Positions 37,886 to 51,952 of a stretch of 64,000 nucleotides of DNA are shown piece by piece. Made by a program: the position numbers and the translations under genes. Numbering within the stretch: position 1 is the first letter of the stretch; each line of letters begins with the position of its first letter. The DNA comes from an uncultured Actinomycetes bacterium (lineage in GTDB: Bacteria; Actinomycetota; Thermoleophilia; UBA2241): NCBI GenBank assembly GCA_963709345.1, contig CAVPVX010000011.1, positions 256,001 through 320,000 of the forward strand, written 5' to 3'. The notes beneath the pieces are model-generated. The model saw nothing but the letters and a program-made list of their open reading frames with translations, was not told where the DNA came from and ran no database searches.

Positions 37886-38332
37886 ATGAAGATCGCCGCC
37901 GGCGCCGACCACGGAGGGTTCGCGCTCAAACAGGCTGTGGTGCGTCGCCTCCGCTCGCTGGGCCACGAGGTGATCGACGTGGGCACCGACTCTGAGGAGA
38001 CGTCCGTCGACTACCCTGACTTCGGCCACAAGGTCGCGACGATGGTCGCCTCCGGCGACGTCGACCGCGGTCTGCTGGTCTGCGGCACCGGCCTCGGCAT
38101 GTGCATGTCGGCCAACCGCCACCCCGGCGTGCGTGCCGCGGACTGCTTCACGCCGTATCTCGCAGAGATGGCGCGCCGCCACAACGACGCCAACGTGCTC
38201 TGCATGGGCGGTCGAATCCTCAGCGAGGACGAGGGCTGGGCCATCACCGAGGTGTGGTTGAACACGCCCTTCGAGGGAGGGCGCCACGAGCACCGGGTGG
38301 CCGGCATCGAGCGGGGAGGCGGGTGCGCGTGA
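37886..38332 (+). CDS. rpiB: ribose-5-phosphate isomerase B
   Basis: GADHGG, VDYPD, CGTGLG, HNDANVL, FEGGRH. Confidence 0.95.
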   Translation: MKIAAGADHGGFALKQAVVRRLRSLGHEVIDVGTDSEETSVDYPDFGHKVATMVASGDVDRGLLVCGTGLGMCMSANRHPGVRAADCFTPYLAEMARRHNDANVLCMGGRILSEDEGWAITEVWLNTPFEGGRHEHRVAGIERGGGCA

Positions 38333-39597
38333 GTCCCGTCGGTCGCGAGTGGCGCCGCGAGCCGCTCTACCACCTCGATCCCGAGCTCAACGAGCTCCTG
38401 CGGAGCGAGCTCATCCGCCAGCAGGAGACCCTCGAGCTGATCGCCAGCGAGAACTTCGCCAGCCGCGCCGTGCTCGAGGCCACGGGCTCGGTACTCACCA
38501 ACAAGTACGCGGAGGGCACGCCGGGGGCGCGATACTACGGCGGGTGTGACGTCGTCGATCAGGTCGAGCGGCTCGCCATCGATCGCTGCAAGGAGGTGTT
38601 CGGCGCCGAGCACGTGAACGTGCAGCCCCACTCGGGCTCGTCGGCCAACCTGGCGGCGCTCTTCGCCTTGCTGGAGCAGGGCGACACGATGATGGCCATG
38701 GCGCTCGCCCACGGCGGCCACCTCACGCACGGCATGAGCATCAACTACTCCGGCCGGACCTACGACGTGGTGCCGTATCACGTGCGCTCCGACACCGAGC
38801 TCATCGACATGGACGAGGTGCGCGACCTCGCGCTGGCTCACCGCCCCAGGCTCATCATCTGCGGCTACAGCGCCTACCCGCGCATCGTCGACTTCGCCGC
38901 TTTCCGCGAGATCGCCGACGAGTGCGGCGCCATGCTCCTCGCCGACATCGCCCACATCGCCGGGCTGATCGCCGCGGGGGTGCACCCCAATCCGGTCCCG
39001 TACTGCGACGTGGTGACCAGCACCACGCACAAGACGCTGACGGGCCCGCGGGCCGGCCTCATCATGTGCCGCAAGGAATATGCGGAGGCTATCGATCGCG
39101 CCGTCTTCCCCGGCATGCAGGGCGGGCCGCTGATGCACGTGATCGCCGCCAAGGCCGTCTGCCTGCGCATCGCCCAGAGCGACGAGTTCCACCGCCTGCA
39201 GCGGCAGATCGTGAAGAACTGCGCCGTGCTCGCCGAGACGCTGGCCGAGGGCGGTCTGCGGCTCGTCTCCGGCGGCACCGACGTGCACCTGGCGCTGGTC
39301 GATCTGCGCAGCACGGGGATGAGCGGTCTCGAGTGTCAGGACCTCCTCGAGACGGTCAACATCACGGCCAACCGCAACGTCGTGCCCTTCGAAGACGCGT
39401 CGTTCAACGTCGCCAGCGGGCTGCGCGTCGGCTCGCCGGCGGTGAGCACCCGGGGCTTCATGGAGCCCGAGATGCGCCAGACCGGCGAGCTCATGCTCCG
39501 CGCCGTCTCCGCTCGCAAGAACGGCGCCGCTCTCGCGGAGATCCGCCACGAGGTCCTCGATCTGCTGGACCGCTTCCCGCTCTACGAGTTCCTGTGA
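38329..39597 (+). CDS. glyA: serine hydroxymethyltransferase
   Basis: [41 protein letters not shown]. Confidence 0.97.
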   Translation: MSPVGREWRREPLYHLDPELNELLRSELIRQQETLELIASENFASRAVLEATGSVLTNKYAEGTPGARYYGGCDVVDQVERLAIDRCKEVFGAEHVNVQPHSGSSANLAALFALLEQGDTMMAMALAHGGHLTHGMSINYSGRTYDVVPYHVRSDTELIDMDEVRDLALAHRPRLIICGYSAYPRIVDFAAFREIADECGAMLLADIAHIAGLIAAGVHPNPVPYCDVVTSTTHKTLTGPRAGLIMCRKEYAEAIDRAVFPGMQGGPLMHVIAAKAVCLRIAQSDEFHRLQRQIVKNCAVLAETLAEGGLRLVSGGTDVHLALVDLRSTGMSGLECQDLLETVNITANRNVVPFEDASFNVASGLRVGSPAVSTRGFMEPEMRQTGELMLRAVSARKNGAALAEIRHEVLDLLDRFPLYEFL

Positions 39598-40091
39598 GCG
39601 GTCCTCCCGACAACGCCGCCGCGGCGCCGCAGGCGCGGCCGACCTGGGACGAGTACTTCCTGCAGCTCGCCAGGCAGGCCGCGACCCGCTCGACCTGCCT
39701 GCGTCGCCGGGTGGGCGCCGTGCTGGTGCGCGACAGGCGCATCCTCGCGACCGGCTACAACGGCGCCCCGCGCGGCGTCTCCCACTGTCTGGACGTCGGG
39801 TGTCTGCGTGACGAGCTCGGCATCCCCTCGGGGGAGCGTCACGAGCTCTGCCGCGCCATCCACGCCGAGCAGAACGCCGTCATCCAGGCGGCCATCCACG
39901 GCGTGGCCATCGAGGGTGCGACTCTGTACTGCACGCACCACCCGTGCATCCTCTGCGCCAAGATCCTCATCAACTGCGGCGTGCGCGAGATCCACTATCT
40001 CGAGGGCTACCCCGATGAGCTCTCCCGAGAGATGCTCAAGGAAGCCGAGGTCGTGCTCCACAAGGAGGAACTGCCATCGGCGGCCCACTGA
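39594..40091 (+). CDS. dCMP deaminase / ComEB family
   Basis: [32 protein letters not shown]. Confidence 0.92.
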   Translation: MSGPPDNAAAAPQARPTWDEYFLQLARQAATRSTCLRRRVGAVLVRDRRILATGYNGAPRGVSHCLDVGCLRDELGIPSGERHELCRAIHAEQNAVIQAAIHGVAIEGATLYCTHHPCILCAKILINCGVREIHYLEGYPDELSREMLKEAEVVLHKEELPSAAH

Positions 40092-41206
40092 GCCTCTCGA
40101 GCCCGCTGCGCACGGCCATCCTCGGCTTTCTCATCGCCGCCTTGATCGTCTACGTGCTCACACCGCTGATGGGGCGTCTGGCGCACCGCACCGGCGCCGT
40201 GGACACGCCCAGCGACGACCGGCGCATGCACGTGCTCGCGACGCCCCTGCTGGGCGGCCTCGGCATGTACCTCGGGTGGATGATCCCGGTCATGCTGCTG
40301 GTCGAGGTCGACCGCGCCGTGTGGGGGATCATAGGCGGTGCGACGATCGTCGTCGCCGTGGGCCTGTTCGACGATCTCTACGAGCTGGAGCCGATCGTCA
40401 AGTTCATCGGCCAGCTGCTCGCCATCGGCGTGGCCATCTACTTCGACACGAGCGTGACGCGCCTCGGGGTGCCCTTCACCGACGTCATGTGGCACCTGCC
40501 CGTCCTGTTGTCGATCTTCGTCACCGTGTTCTGGATGGCGATGATCATCAACATGGTGAACTTCATCGACGGCCTCGACGGGCTGGCCGCCGGCGTGTGC
40601 GGCATCTCCGCGCTCACGTTCTCCGTCATCTCTCTGCTCACCGGCTTCCCAGCCATGGGGGTGCTCTCCGCCGTGCTGGCCGGCGCGACCTTCGCCTTCC
40701 TGCGCTTCAACTTCCACCCGGCCAGCATCTTCATGGGCGATGCCGGCTCGATGCTGCTGGGGTTCGTGCTCGCCTGCATCAGCGTCCAGAGTGTGATGAA
40801 GGGCACTGCGGCCGTCGCGCTGGTGCTGCCGCTGCTCGTGCTCGGCGTCCCCTTCGTGGATCTCTTCCTCATCGTCTGGCGGCGCTGGCGCCGCGGGGTG
40901 CCGTTCTACTCGCCCGGCCAAGACCACGTGCACCACGATCTCGTGCTCGTGCACGGCTTCTCGCAGCGCAAGAGCGTGCTCCTGCTGTACGGGTGGTGCA
41001 GCTGCCTCAGCTGCCTCGCCATCGCCGCTCAGCAGCGCTACACGCCGGCGATCGTGTTCTTCGGCGTCGCGGCGGTCGTCTCGACCACCTACATGGCCCG
41101 TCTGCTCAGCCGCTTCCGGTCGCGCCGCGAGGGCCTTCCCGACCCGCTTGCTCCAGGTGTCGGCCGCAACCCGTCCAAGGGTGGGAATGATGACCAGGCC
41201 GCCTAG
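40088..41206 (+). CDS. MraY-family polyprenyl-phosphate HexNAc-1-phosphate transferase (WecA/TagO-like); start uncertain
   Basis: [43 protein letters not shown]. Confidence 0.9.
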   Translation: MSLSSPLRTAILGFLIAALIVYVLTPLMGRLAHRTGAVDTPSDDRRMHVLATPLLGGLGMYLGWMIPVMLLVEVDRAVWGIIGGATIVVAVGLFDDLYELEPIVKFIGQLLAIGVAIYFDTSVTRLGVPFTDVMWHLPVLLSIFVTVFWMAMIINMVNFIDGLDGLAAGVCGISALTFSVISLLTGFPAMGVLSAVLAGATFAFLRFNFHPASIFMGDAGSMLLGFVLACISVQSVMKGTAAVALVLPLLVLGVPFVDLFLIVWRRWRRGVPFYSPGQDHVHHDLVLVHGFSQRKSVLLLYGWCSCLSCLAIAAQQRYTPAIVFFGVAAVVSTTYMARLLSRFRSRREGLPDPLAPGVGRNPSKGGNDDQAA

Positions 41207-41273
41207 AGCGACTGCGGCCAAGACAGGCCGCTTCGGCTGCCGCGCCGGTCGCAGGCGCTCGGTTGCCATCCTG

Positions 41274-41302
41274 TTGCAGGCCTCCGGCTCGGCAGGTATA
41301 GT
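41274..41302 (+). promoter_or_regulatory. putative atp operon promoter (TTGCAG-17-TATAGT)
   Basis: Near-consensus boxes with 17-nt spacer. Confidence 0.55.
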
Positions 41303-41524
41303 ATGACGCCGGGAGCATCCGGGGACGGAAAAAAAGACGGCGGGCACCGCTCGTCTGCGTCCGCGGAATCGGTGGCGTTTCTACTTCTTGCAGGCGTCGC
41401 AGTCGGGCTGGGTGTGGGTGCCGGGCTTGACTGGCTGTTCGGTAAGTTCCCGCTGTTCGCCGTAATCGGTGTGTTCGCCGGGTTCGTTCTGGCGCTGTAC
41501 GCGATCTACGTAGAGACGAAGTAA
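41303..41524 (+). CDS. AtpZ/AtpI-family small membrane protein (true start may be downstream)
   Basis: G.GVGAGLDWLFG.FPLF..IGVFAG; first gene of the atp cluster. Confidence 0.75.
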   Translation: MTPGASGDGKKDGGHRSSASAESVAFLLLAGVAVGLGVGAGLDWLFGKFPLFAVIGVFAGFVLALYAIYVETK

Positions 41525-41555
41525 CCGCTTCGGGAGGACCGGACTTATCCGCAAG

Positions 41556-41921
41556 TTGGTCATAGCACCGCTTCTTTTTGGAGCCACTGCAGTGGTCTGC
41601 GCCGTGGTCGCCGCCGTCGTTGGGCAGCCGGTGTGGGCCGCCGCCGCGGGCGCCAGCCTCGCGCTCGTCTACTGGGCGCTCGATGCGCTCACCTGGTGGC
41701 GCGCTCGCGATCGCGACGACCTCGCGCTCGGACTCGCGATCGGCGGCATGTTCACCCGGCTTCTTGTGGTGCTCACGGCTCTCGTCATCATCGGCATTCT
41801 CGACCGCCCGTCGTTCCCCACCGCGGTGGTCTCATTCCTCGTCGCGTTCACTCTGTACATCCTTGTCCGTCCCCTCATGTACCTCACCGCGTCCACTCCG
41901 GCGGGCCAGGCGAGGCTGTAG
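41556..41921 (+). CDS. ATP synthase protein I-like, four TM segments
   Basis: Hydrophobic 121 aa protein directly upstream of atpB. Confidence 0.7.
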   Translation: MVIAPLLFGATAVVCAVVAAVVGQPVWAAAAGASLALVYWALDALTWWRARDRDDLALGLAIGGMFTRLLVVLTALVIIGILDRPSFPTAVVSFLVAFTLYILVRPLMYLTASTPAGQARL

Positions 41922-42775
41922 TGAAGCATCCCTGGCGCTGGATCATCGGCCTGCTGGCCGTCGGTTTACTCGTCGCCCTGGCGATCATCCCCGGCGGTGC
42001 CAGGCGGGAGTTCCCGGTCGCGGAGGAGTTCGATCTCACCCACCCCCTCGTCTCGCTGCCCACGGTCGGGCCCTTCGATCTGTCGGTGAGCAAGGCCGTC
42101 GTCTATCTGTGGATCGCCACCGCGGTCATCGTCGTCCTCGCGATCATCATCGCTCGCAGCCTCAAGGTGCATCCAGGCCGGTTCCAGTTCACTATGGAGA
42201 CGCTCTACGCTCTGGCGCGCGACGGTATCGTAGGCTCGGTCATGAAGAGCGGCAAAGCGACCTGGTTCCCCTACGTCGGCGCTGTGTTCGTCTTCGTGCT
42301 CGTGAACAACGTGATCGGGCTGCTCCCGCTTCCGTTCGGCGAGCATCATCAACCGTCCTACTACGCCGCCACCGCCAACCTCAACGTCACGGTGACCCTG
42401 GCGCTGTTCACGTTCGTGTTCACGCACTACGCAGGGCTGCGGAAGAACGGCCTTCGGTACTTCGCCAACTGGGCGCCGCCCTCGGCCCCTCCGGTGCTCA
42501 AGCAGGTGATCTGGTTCATCCATGTCATCAGCGAGATCTTCCGTCTCATCTCGCTCTCTGTACGTCTGTTCGCCAACATGCTCGCCGGGCACGCCATCCT
42601 CGCCGTGTTCTTCGCCATGGTGCTCATCTTCCAGAGCTACCTGGCGGCCGTCGTGCTGCAGGGCGCTTCGGTGCTCATCTACATGTTCGAGATCTTCGTC
42701 GCCTTCATCCAGGCGTTCATCTTTGCCATTCTCTCCGCCGTTTACATCGGCGGCGCTCTCGACCAGGACCACTGA
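41921..42775 (+). CDS. atpB: ATP synthase Fo subunit a
   Basis: PGRFQ..E, NVIGLLP, ATANLN, SLSVRLFANMLAGH, EIFVAFIQAFIF. Confidence 0.95.
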   Translation: MKHPWRWIIGLLAVGLLVALAIIPGGARREFPVAEEFDLTHPLVSLPTVGPFDLSVSKAVVYLWIATAVIVVLAIIIARSLKVHPGRFQFTMETLYALARDGIVGSVMKSGKATWFPYVGAVFVFVLVNNVIGLLPLPFGEHHQPSYYAATANLNVTVTLALFTFVFTHYAGLRKNGLRYFANWAPPSAPPVLKQVIWFIHVISEIFRLISLSVRLFANMLAGHAILAVFFAMVLIFQSYLAAVVLQGASVLIYMFEIFVAFIQAFIFAILSAVYIGGALDQDH

Positions 42776-42804
42776 CCATCGTCACGTGCAGACAACCGCT
42801 GTAG

Positions 42805-43059
<255 letters not shown>

Positions 43060-43096
43060 GAGCAACGAGCGCTGAAGTGAAACAGGGAGGTCGCTC

Positions 43097-43606
43097 ATGC
43101 TAGACGTGTTCCCGGGCCTCATGATCTGGACGCTGATCACGTTCGGCATCGCCGTGTTCATCCTCTGGAAGTACGCCTTCGGGCCGCTCCAGAAGATCAT
43201 CGATGAGCGGCGCGCGGGCATCCAGGAAAGCATGGACGTGGCGGAAGAGACGCGCGTTGAGGCGCTGCGCCTGCTCGAGGAGTACAAGGCCACGCTCGCC
43301 AGGGTACGCGGCGAGTCTGATGAGATCCTGGAGCGCTCGCGCACGACCGCCGAGCACACCAAGACGGAGATCATGACGGAGGCCAAGGTCCAATCCGAGC
43401 GCGTGCTCGAGAAGGCTCACGAGCAGATCGAGCGCGACACGCGCGCCGCCCTGCGCCAGATCAAGGGTCAGATCGCCGAGCTCACCGCACTGGCCACCGA
43501 GAAGGTCGCGGCGAGTAGCCTGAGCGAAGCCGACCAGCGGCGCCTCATCGACGAGGCGCTCGCAGAGCTCGACGTCGACAAGCTCGGCGCTGAGGGCTCA
43601 GGGTGA
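43097..43606 (+). CDS. atpF: ATP synthase Fo subunit b
   Basis: PGLMIWTLITF..LWKYAFGPL..IDER followed by coiled coil. Confidence 0.95.
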   Translation: MLDVFPGLMIWTLITFGIAVFILWKYAFGPLQKIIDERRAGIQESMDVAEETRVEALRLLEEYKATLARVRGESDEILERSRTTAEHTKTEIMTEAKVQSERVLEKAHEQIERDTRAALRQIKGQIAELTALATEKVAASSLSEADQRRLIDEALAELDVDKLGAEGSG

Positions 43607-44156
43607 GCGAGGAGCAGGTCGCCAGGGTCTACGCCCAGGCCCTCTTCGACGCGGCGCGCGATGCGGACGCGGTGGACCTCGTGCGCCGCGAGCTGGGCGA
43701 CTTCGTCGCCGCCCTCGCGGCCTCGGCGTCGCTCCACGACGTGCTCGCCGACCCGCAGGTCGAGACGGCTGCCAAGCAGCGCGTGCTGGTCGAGATCACG
43801 CGCGGCGGGCAGCCGCTGCTCACCAACGTGCTCCGGCTCTTGCTCGACCGCGGGCGCTTCGCCGTTGTGCCTAGGCTGCCGGACTTCTTCGATGAGCTCG
43901 CGGACGCGGGCGAAGGCGTCGTCGAGGTCGAGGTGGTCGCCGCCGTCGAGCTCGCGCCGGCGACGGAGGAGAAGATCGTCGCCCGCGTCCACGAGGCCAC
44001 CGGCCGCCGGGTGGAGCTCGCCCGGCGTGTCGACCCCGCGATCATCGGCGGGCTCATCCTGCGCATCGGCGACGTGATCGTCGACGGCAGCGTCAAGGGA
44101 CGTATCCGCCAGCTGCGCCGCCGGCTGGCTACCGCAGAAGTGAGAGGTGATGTCTA

Positions 44157-44157
<1 letters not shown>
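43603..44157 (+). CDS. atpH: ATP synthase F1 subunit delta
   Basis: [24 protein letters not shown]. Confidence 0.95.
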
Positions 44158-45704
<1,547 letters not shown>

Positions 45705-45705
45705 C

Positions 45706-48052
<2,347 letters not shown>

Positions 48053-48061
48053 GAGGCAGCC

Positions 48062-48493
48062 GTGAGTGACGAGCGCTCAATCGAACTCGAAGTGGTGACG
48101 CCCGACGGCGAGCTCTATCACGACGACGTCCGCATGGTCGTGCTGCCGGGCGTCGAGGGTGAGCTCGGGGTCCTGGCTCGCCACCAGCCGCTGGTGACGC
48201 TGCTCGCCATCGGCCAGACACGGGTGCGCCTCCTCGACGACACGTGGGAGTACATTGCCACCGGCATCGGCTACGCGGCGATCCGCTCGAGCCGCGTGCT
48301 CGTCGTCGTCGACCACGGCGAGTTGGCCGGCGCGATCGACGTGGAGCGCGCCGAGGAGGCGCAGCGCCGCGCCCGCCAGCGCCTTGAGGACCGTGGCGAT
48401 CTCGCGGCTCAGGCGGAGGTCGATTGCTTCCGCGCCGAGCAGGCGCTGCAGCGCGCCGAGAATCGGCTGCGCGTGTCCCGGCGCACGCGCTGA
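48062..48493 (+). CDS. atpC: ATP synthase F1 subunit epsilon
   Basis: LEVVTPD, GELGVLARH, IDVERA. Confidence 0.95.
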   Translation: MSDERSIELEVVTPDGELYHDDVRMVVLPGVEGELGVLARHQPLVTLLAIGQTRVRLLDDTWEYIATGIGYAAIRSSRVLVVVDHGELAGAIDVERAEEAQRRARQRLEDRGDLAAQAEVDCFRAEQALQRAENRLRVSRRTR

Positions 48494-48535
48494 GTCTCGT
48501 CTGGCGCCGGGACGCGCCATACTTGTGATCGTCTG

Positions 48536-49879
48536 ATGGACGGCTCCAGCGAACACGAGCAGCACCTCGAGGTGCATGGCGGCCGGCGTCTGGATGGCGA
48601 GGTCGTCCTCTCGGGGGCGAAGAACTCCGCCCTCAAACTCCTCGCCGCCAGCCTGCTCACCGCCGAACCCTGCACGATCCGCCGCGTTCCCCGCATCACG
48701 GATGTAGACACCATGGTGACGATGCTTCGCGCCCTGGGGGCGGAGGTCGACGGTGAGGCCGATGTGCTGCGCGTGCGGCCGGGACGGGATCTCAACGGGT
48801 GCGCGCCGTACGAGCTCGTCCGCACCATGCGCGCCAGCATCATCGTCATGGGACCGCTCGTGGCGCGCCTCGGCGAGGCCACGATCGCCATGCCCGGCGG
48901 CTGCAACATCGGGCCGCGGCGCATCGACTTCCACATCCGCGGCCTCGAGAAGCTTGGGGCGGTGATCGAGATGGAGCATGGCTTCATCAAGGTGCACAGC
49001 CGGCAACTCAAGGGGGCGGTCGTACCTCTCGACTATCCGAGCGTCGGCGCCACGGAGAACCTCCTCATGGCGGCGACCGCCGCCGAGGGCGAGACGGTCA
49101 TCGAGAATGCGGCACGAGAGCCGGAGATCATCGACCTCTGCGAGTTCCTGATCGGTATGGGGGCGGTCATCGAGGGCGCCGGTACCAGCACCATCCACAT
49201 CGCGGGCGGCTCGGAGCTGCACGGGGTAGACCACGAGGTGATCGCCGATCGCATCGAGGCCGGGACGTATCTTCTGATGGGCGTCGCCACCGGCGGCGCC
49301 GTCACGACGGTCGGCCTCGACCCTGCGCATCTCGAGCTCTTTCTCGCCAAGCTTCGCGCCATGGGCGTCACCGTCGAGGAGGGCGACCGGCGCATCACGG
49401 TGAGCCGCGAGGGCGCTCTCGCTCCGATCGACGTCTCTACGCTTCCGCACCCCGGCTTTGCCACCGATCTGCAGGCGCAGATGATGGCCGTGCTGTCGCT
49501 CGCCGAAGGGACGTCGATCATCACCGAGAACGTCTTCGAGAACCGCTTCGTCGTGGTCGACGAGCTCAACCGTCTGGGGGCGGGTATCGAGACCAGCGGG
49601 CACCACGCCGTGGTCGCCGGGCCCCGCGCCCTCACCGGCACCGTGGTCGAGGCGCCCGACCTCCGGGGCGGCGCCGCACTGGTCACGGCCGGCCTCGCTG
49701 CGGAGGGCGTGACGGAGGTGCGCGGCGTGCAGCACATCGACAGAGGCTACGAAGATCTCGCCGGCAAGCTCACCGCTCTCGGCGCCGAGGTCTCGCGCTC
49801 GCTGCCGGCGCGCCGAACCGGGGAGGAGATGCGCGCGTCTCTCCGGTCGTGCGATGATGAGGCGGCGCGTAGCGCCTGA
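48536..49879 (+). CDS. murA: UDP-N-acetylglucosamine 1-carboxyvinyltransferase
   Basis: SGAKNSAL, MRAS, PGGCNIG.R, SVGATEN, AREPE, DRIEAGT, DLRGG. Confidence 0.97.
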   Translation: MDGSSEHEQHLEVHGGRRLDGEVVLSGAKNSALKLLAASLLTAEPCTIRRVPRITDVDTMVTMLRALGAEVDGEADVLRVRPGRDLNGCAPYELVRTMRASIIVMGPLVARLGEATIAMPGGCNIGPRRIDFHIRGLEKLGAVIEMEHGFIKVHSRQLKGAVVPLDYPSVGATENLLMAATAAEGETVIENAAREPEIIDLCEFLIGMGAVIEGAGTSTIHIAGGSELHGVDHEVIADRIEAGTYLLMGVATGGAVTTVGLDPAHLELFLAKLRAMGVTVEEGDRRITVSREGALAPIDVSTLPHPGFATDLQAQMMAVLSLAEGTSIITENVFENRFVVVDELNRLGAGIETSGHHAVVAGPRALTGTVVEAPDLRGGAALVTAGLAAEGVTEVRGVQHIDRGYEDLAGKLTALGAEVSRSLPARRTGEEMRASLRSCDDEAARSA

Positions 49880-49900
49880 GTGGCGCCGTTCCGGAGGAGC

Positions 49901-51952
49901 ATGGCCGAATACCGCGTCTACAAGGTCGGGGAAGAAGAGCACGTTCGCGACAACGGCGCGGCGTCGCGAATGCCCGCGTCCGAACGCGCCGCGAGCCGTG
50001 GCCGCCGCCGTTCCGGCGCCGACTCTCGTGATGTCGTCTCGCGGCGGTGGTGGTTGTGGGCGCTGGTGGCCGCCGCCGTCCTCGCCGTCGCCCTCCTGTA
50101 CTGGTTCTTCGGACGCGACGCCGTCGGCAATTCCATTGCGGCGCTCGACCTTGCACGGCTCTCGGGCAAGGTGCCCGGCTGGGCCGTGATCGGCGCGCCT
50201 GTGGTTGCCGTGACCGTCGTCGGCCTGGTCACGGTCTACCTGGCCTTCGGCCGGCATCTCGTCCTCAAGCTCATCGCCTTGGCCGTCGTGGTCCTGGCGC
50301 TGGCGACTCCCGGCCTGGCCGTCGGCTACGCCGAGGGGACGCTCGACGTGGTCAGCACCAAGGACGCTGAAGTCACCAGGGACGTCGCGGCCGCCGAGGA
50401 GGAGCTTGAGATCCCGCTCCCCAACAAGCCGATGAACATCCTGCTCATCGGCTCGGACAAGTCGGACGTGCCCGGTGACCCCGGCCGCTCGGACACGCAG
50501 ATGCTCGTGCGCATCGACCCCGAGACCAAGAGCATCTCCATGCTGTCGGTGCCACGTGACTTGCGCGTGTACATCCCGGATCACGGTTACGACAAGATGA
50601 ACACGGCCTACTCCTACGGCGGGCCGAAGCTCGCGGTGAAGACCTTCAAGGAACTCACCGGCCTGCCCATCAACCACTTTGTCGAGATCAACTTCGCCGG
50701 CTTCTGGCACGTGGTCAACATCCTCGGCGGCGTCTACATCCCAGTCGATCACACCTACTTCGTGCCGGCGAGCGCCGACTACAAGTCGATCAACCTGAAG
50801 GCCGGCTACCAGCTGGTCGGCGGCAAGCAGTCGCTGAACTACGTGCGCTATCGCCACGATCAGCGTGGCGACTTCACCCGGATGCAGCGCCAGCAGCTCT
50901 TCCTTCGGGAGCTGCAGCGGCAGTCCGGGCGCTGGAGCAGCGACTGGGGCAAGGTGATAAAGCTGATCAAGGCCATCACCGGCGAGACCAAGTCGGACCT
51001 CGACTCGCTGAGGAAGCTCGAGCCGCTGGTGAATCTCTCGTTCGAGGTGGACACCTCGAAGGTGTATCAGGTGCACCTCGAGGGCGCGACTCCGATGATC
51101 GACGGCATCTCCTACGTCACGGCCACCGAAGGAGAGGTCGCCGAGGCGGTGCACGGATTCACCGACCCGAAGCAGGCGCCCCTGTCGACCAAGGGCCTCA
51201 AGATCTCCAAGAAGATGTATGGGGTCGACATCTACAACGGCAGCGGCATCCCCGGTCTGGCGACATCGGCCGCTTCGCAGCTGAGCGCGCAGGGCTACAA
51301 GGCCGAGGCTCAGGCCGACGCCCCGGAGTTCCCGGGCACGGCGACCGTCGTCTACGCGCCCAAGAGCCTGGAGACGCAGGCCAGGATCATCGGCGAGATG
51401 CTGTGGCCGTCCGACGTGCGCATCGTCGAGCGCGCGTTCGGCGTCGACGACGGCATCACCGTCTTCGTCGCCTCCTCCTTCGACGGCACCATCGAAGCCC
51501 CGGAGGAAGAGGTGCAAGCGCAGCAGACGTTGCAGCGCGGCCAGAAGTACGACTGGGAGTCGTGGCGGGCGCTGGACGCGAAGAGCCCGCTGCGCCTCGA
51601 GGCGCCGACCGCCTGGTCACCCGGCCTCGTCTACGATGAGTTCCGCTCGTACGCGGTCGAGAAGACCGACGGCAAACGTGTCGCCGCTGCCATCGCCGTG
51701 ATCAGGACGCCGATGTCGGGGTTCGCCGGTATACAAGCGATGCGCTGGCTCGACCCGCCGGCGATCGAGAACCCCACGTCCACGCGGACGATCGCCGGGA
51801 CCAAGTACATGCTCTTCTACCAGGGCGCGAACCTCCACATGGTCGCGTGGACGCGGCGCAGCACGCTCTACTGGGTGATCAACACCCTGGACAACCAGCT
51901 GTCCAACGACGTGATGATGGGGCTTGCGACCTCGTTCAAGCCCGTGAAGTGA
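49901..51952 (+). CDS. LCP (LytR-CpsA-Psr) family protein with LytR C-terminal domain
   Basis: NILLIGSD, GRSDT, SVPRD, YVRYRH, GDFTRMQRQQ, YNGSGIPGLA; N-terminal TM segments. Confidence 0.92.
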   Translation: MAEYRVYKVGEEEHVRDNGAASRMPASERAASRGRRRSGADSRDVVSRRWWLWALVAAAVLAVALLYWFFGRDAVGNSIAALDLARLSGKVPGWAVIGAPVVAVTVVGLVTVYLAFGRHLVLKLIALAVVVLALATPGLAVGYAEGTLDVVSTKDAEVTRDVAAAEEELEIPLPNKPMNILLIGSDKSDVPGDPGRSDTQMLVRIDPETKSISMLSVPRDLRVYIPDHGYDKMNTAYSYGGPKLAVKTFKELTGLPINHFVEINFAGFWHVVNILGGVYIPVDHTYFVPASADYKSINLKAGYQLVGGKQSLNYVRYRHDQRGDFTRMQRQQLFLRELQRQSGRWSSDWGKVIKLIKAITGETKSDLDSLRKLEPLVNLSFEVDTSKVYQVHLEGATPMIDGISYVTATEGEVAEAVHGFTDPKQAPLSTKGLKISKKMYGVDIYNGSGIPGLATSAASQLSAQGYKAEAQADAPEFPGTATVVYAPKSLETQARIIGEMLWPSDVRIVERAFGVDDGITVFVASSFDGTIEAPEEEVQAQQTLQRGQKYDWESWRALDAKSPLRLEAPTAWSPGLVYDEFRSYAVEKTDGKRVAAAIAVIRTPMSGFAGIQAMRWLDPPAIENPTSTRTIAGTKYMLFYQGANLHMVAWTRRSTLYWVINTLDNQLSNDVMMGLATSFKPVK

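Noticed and set aside
48880-48930. Intrinsic fosfomycin-resistant MurA
   Set aside because: The active-site Cys is present (PGGCNIG), not the Asp variant
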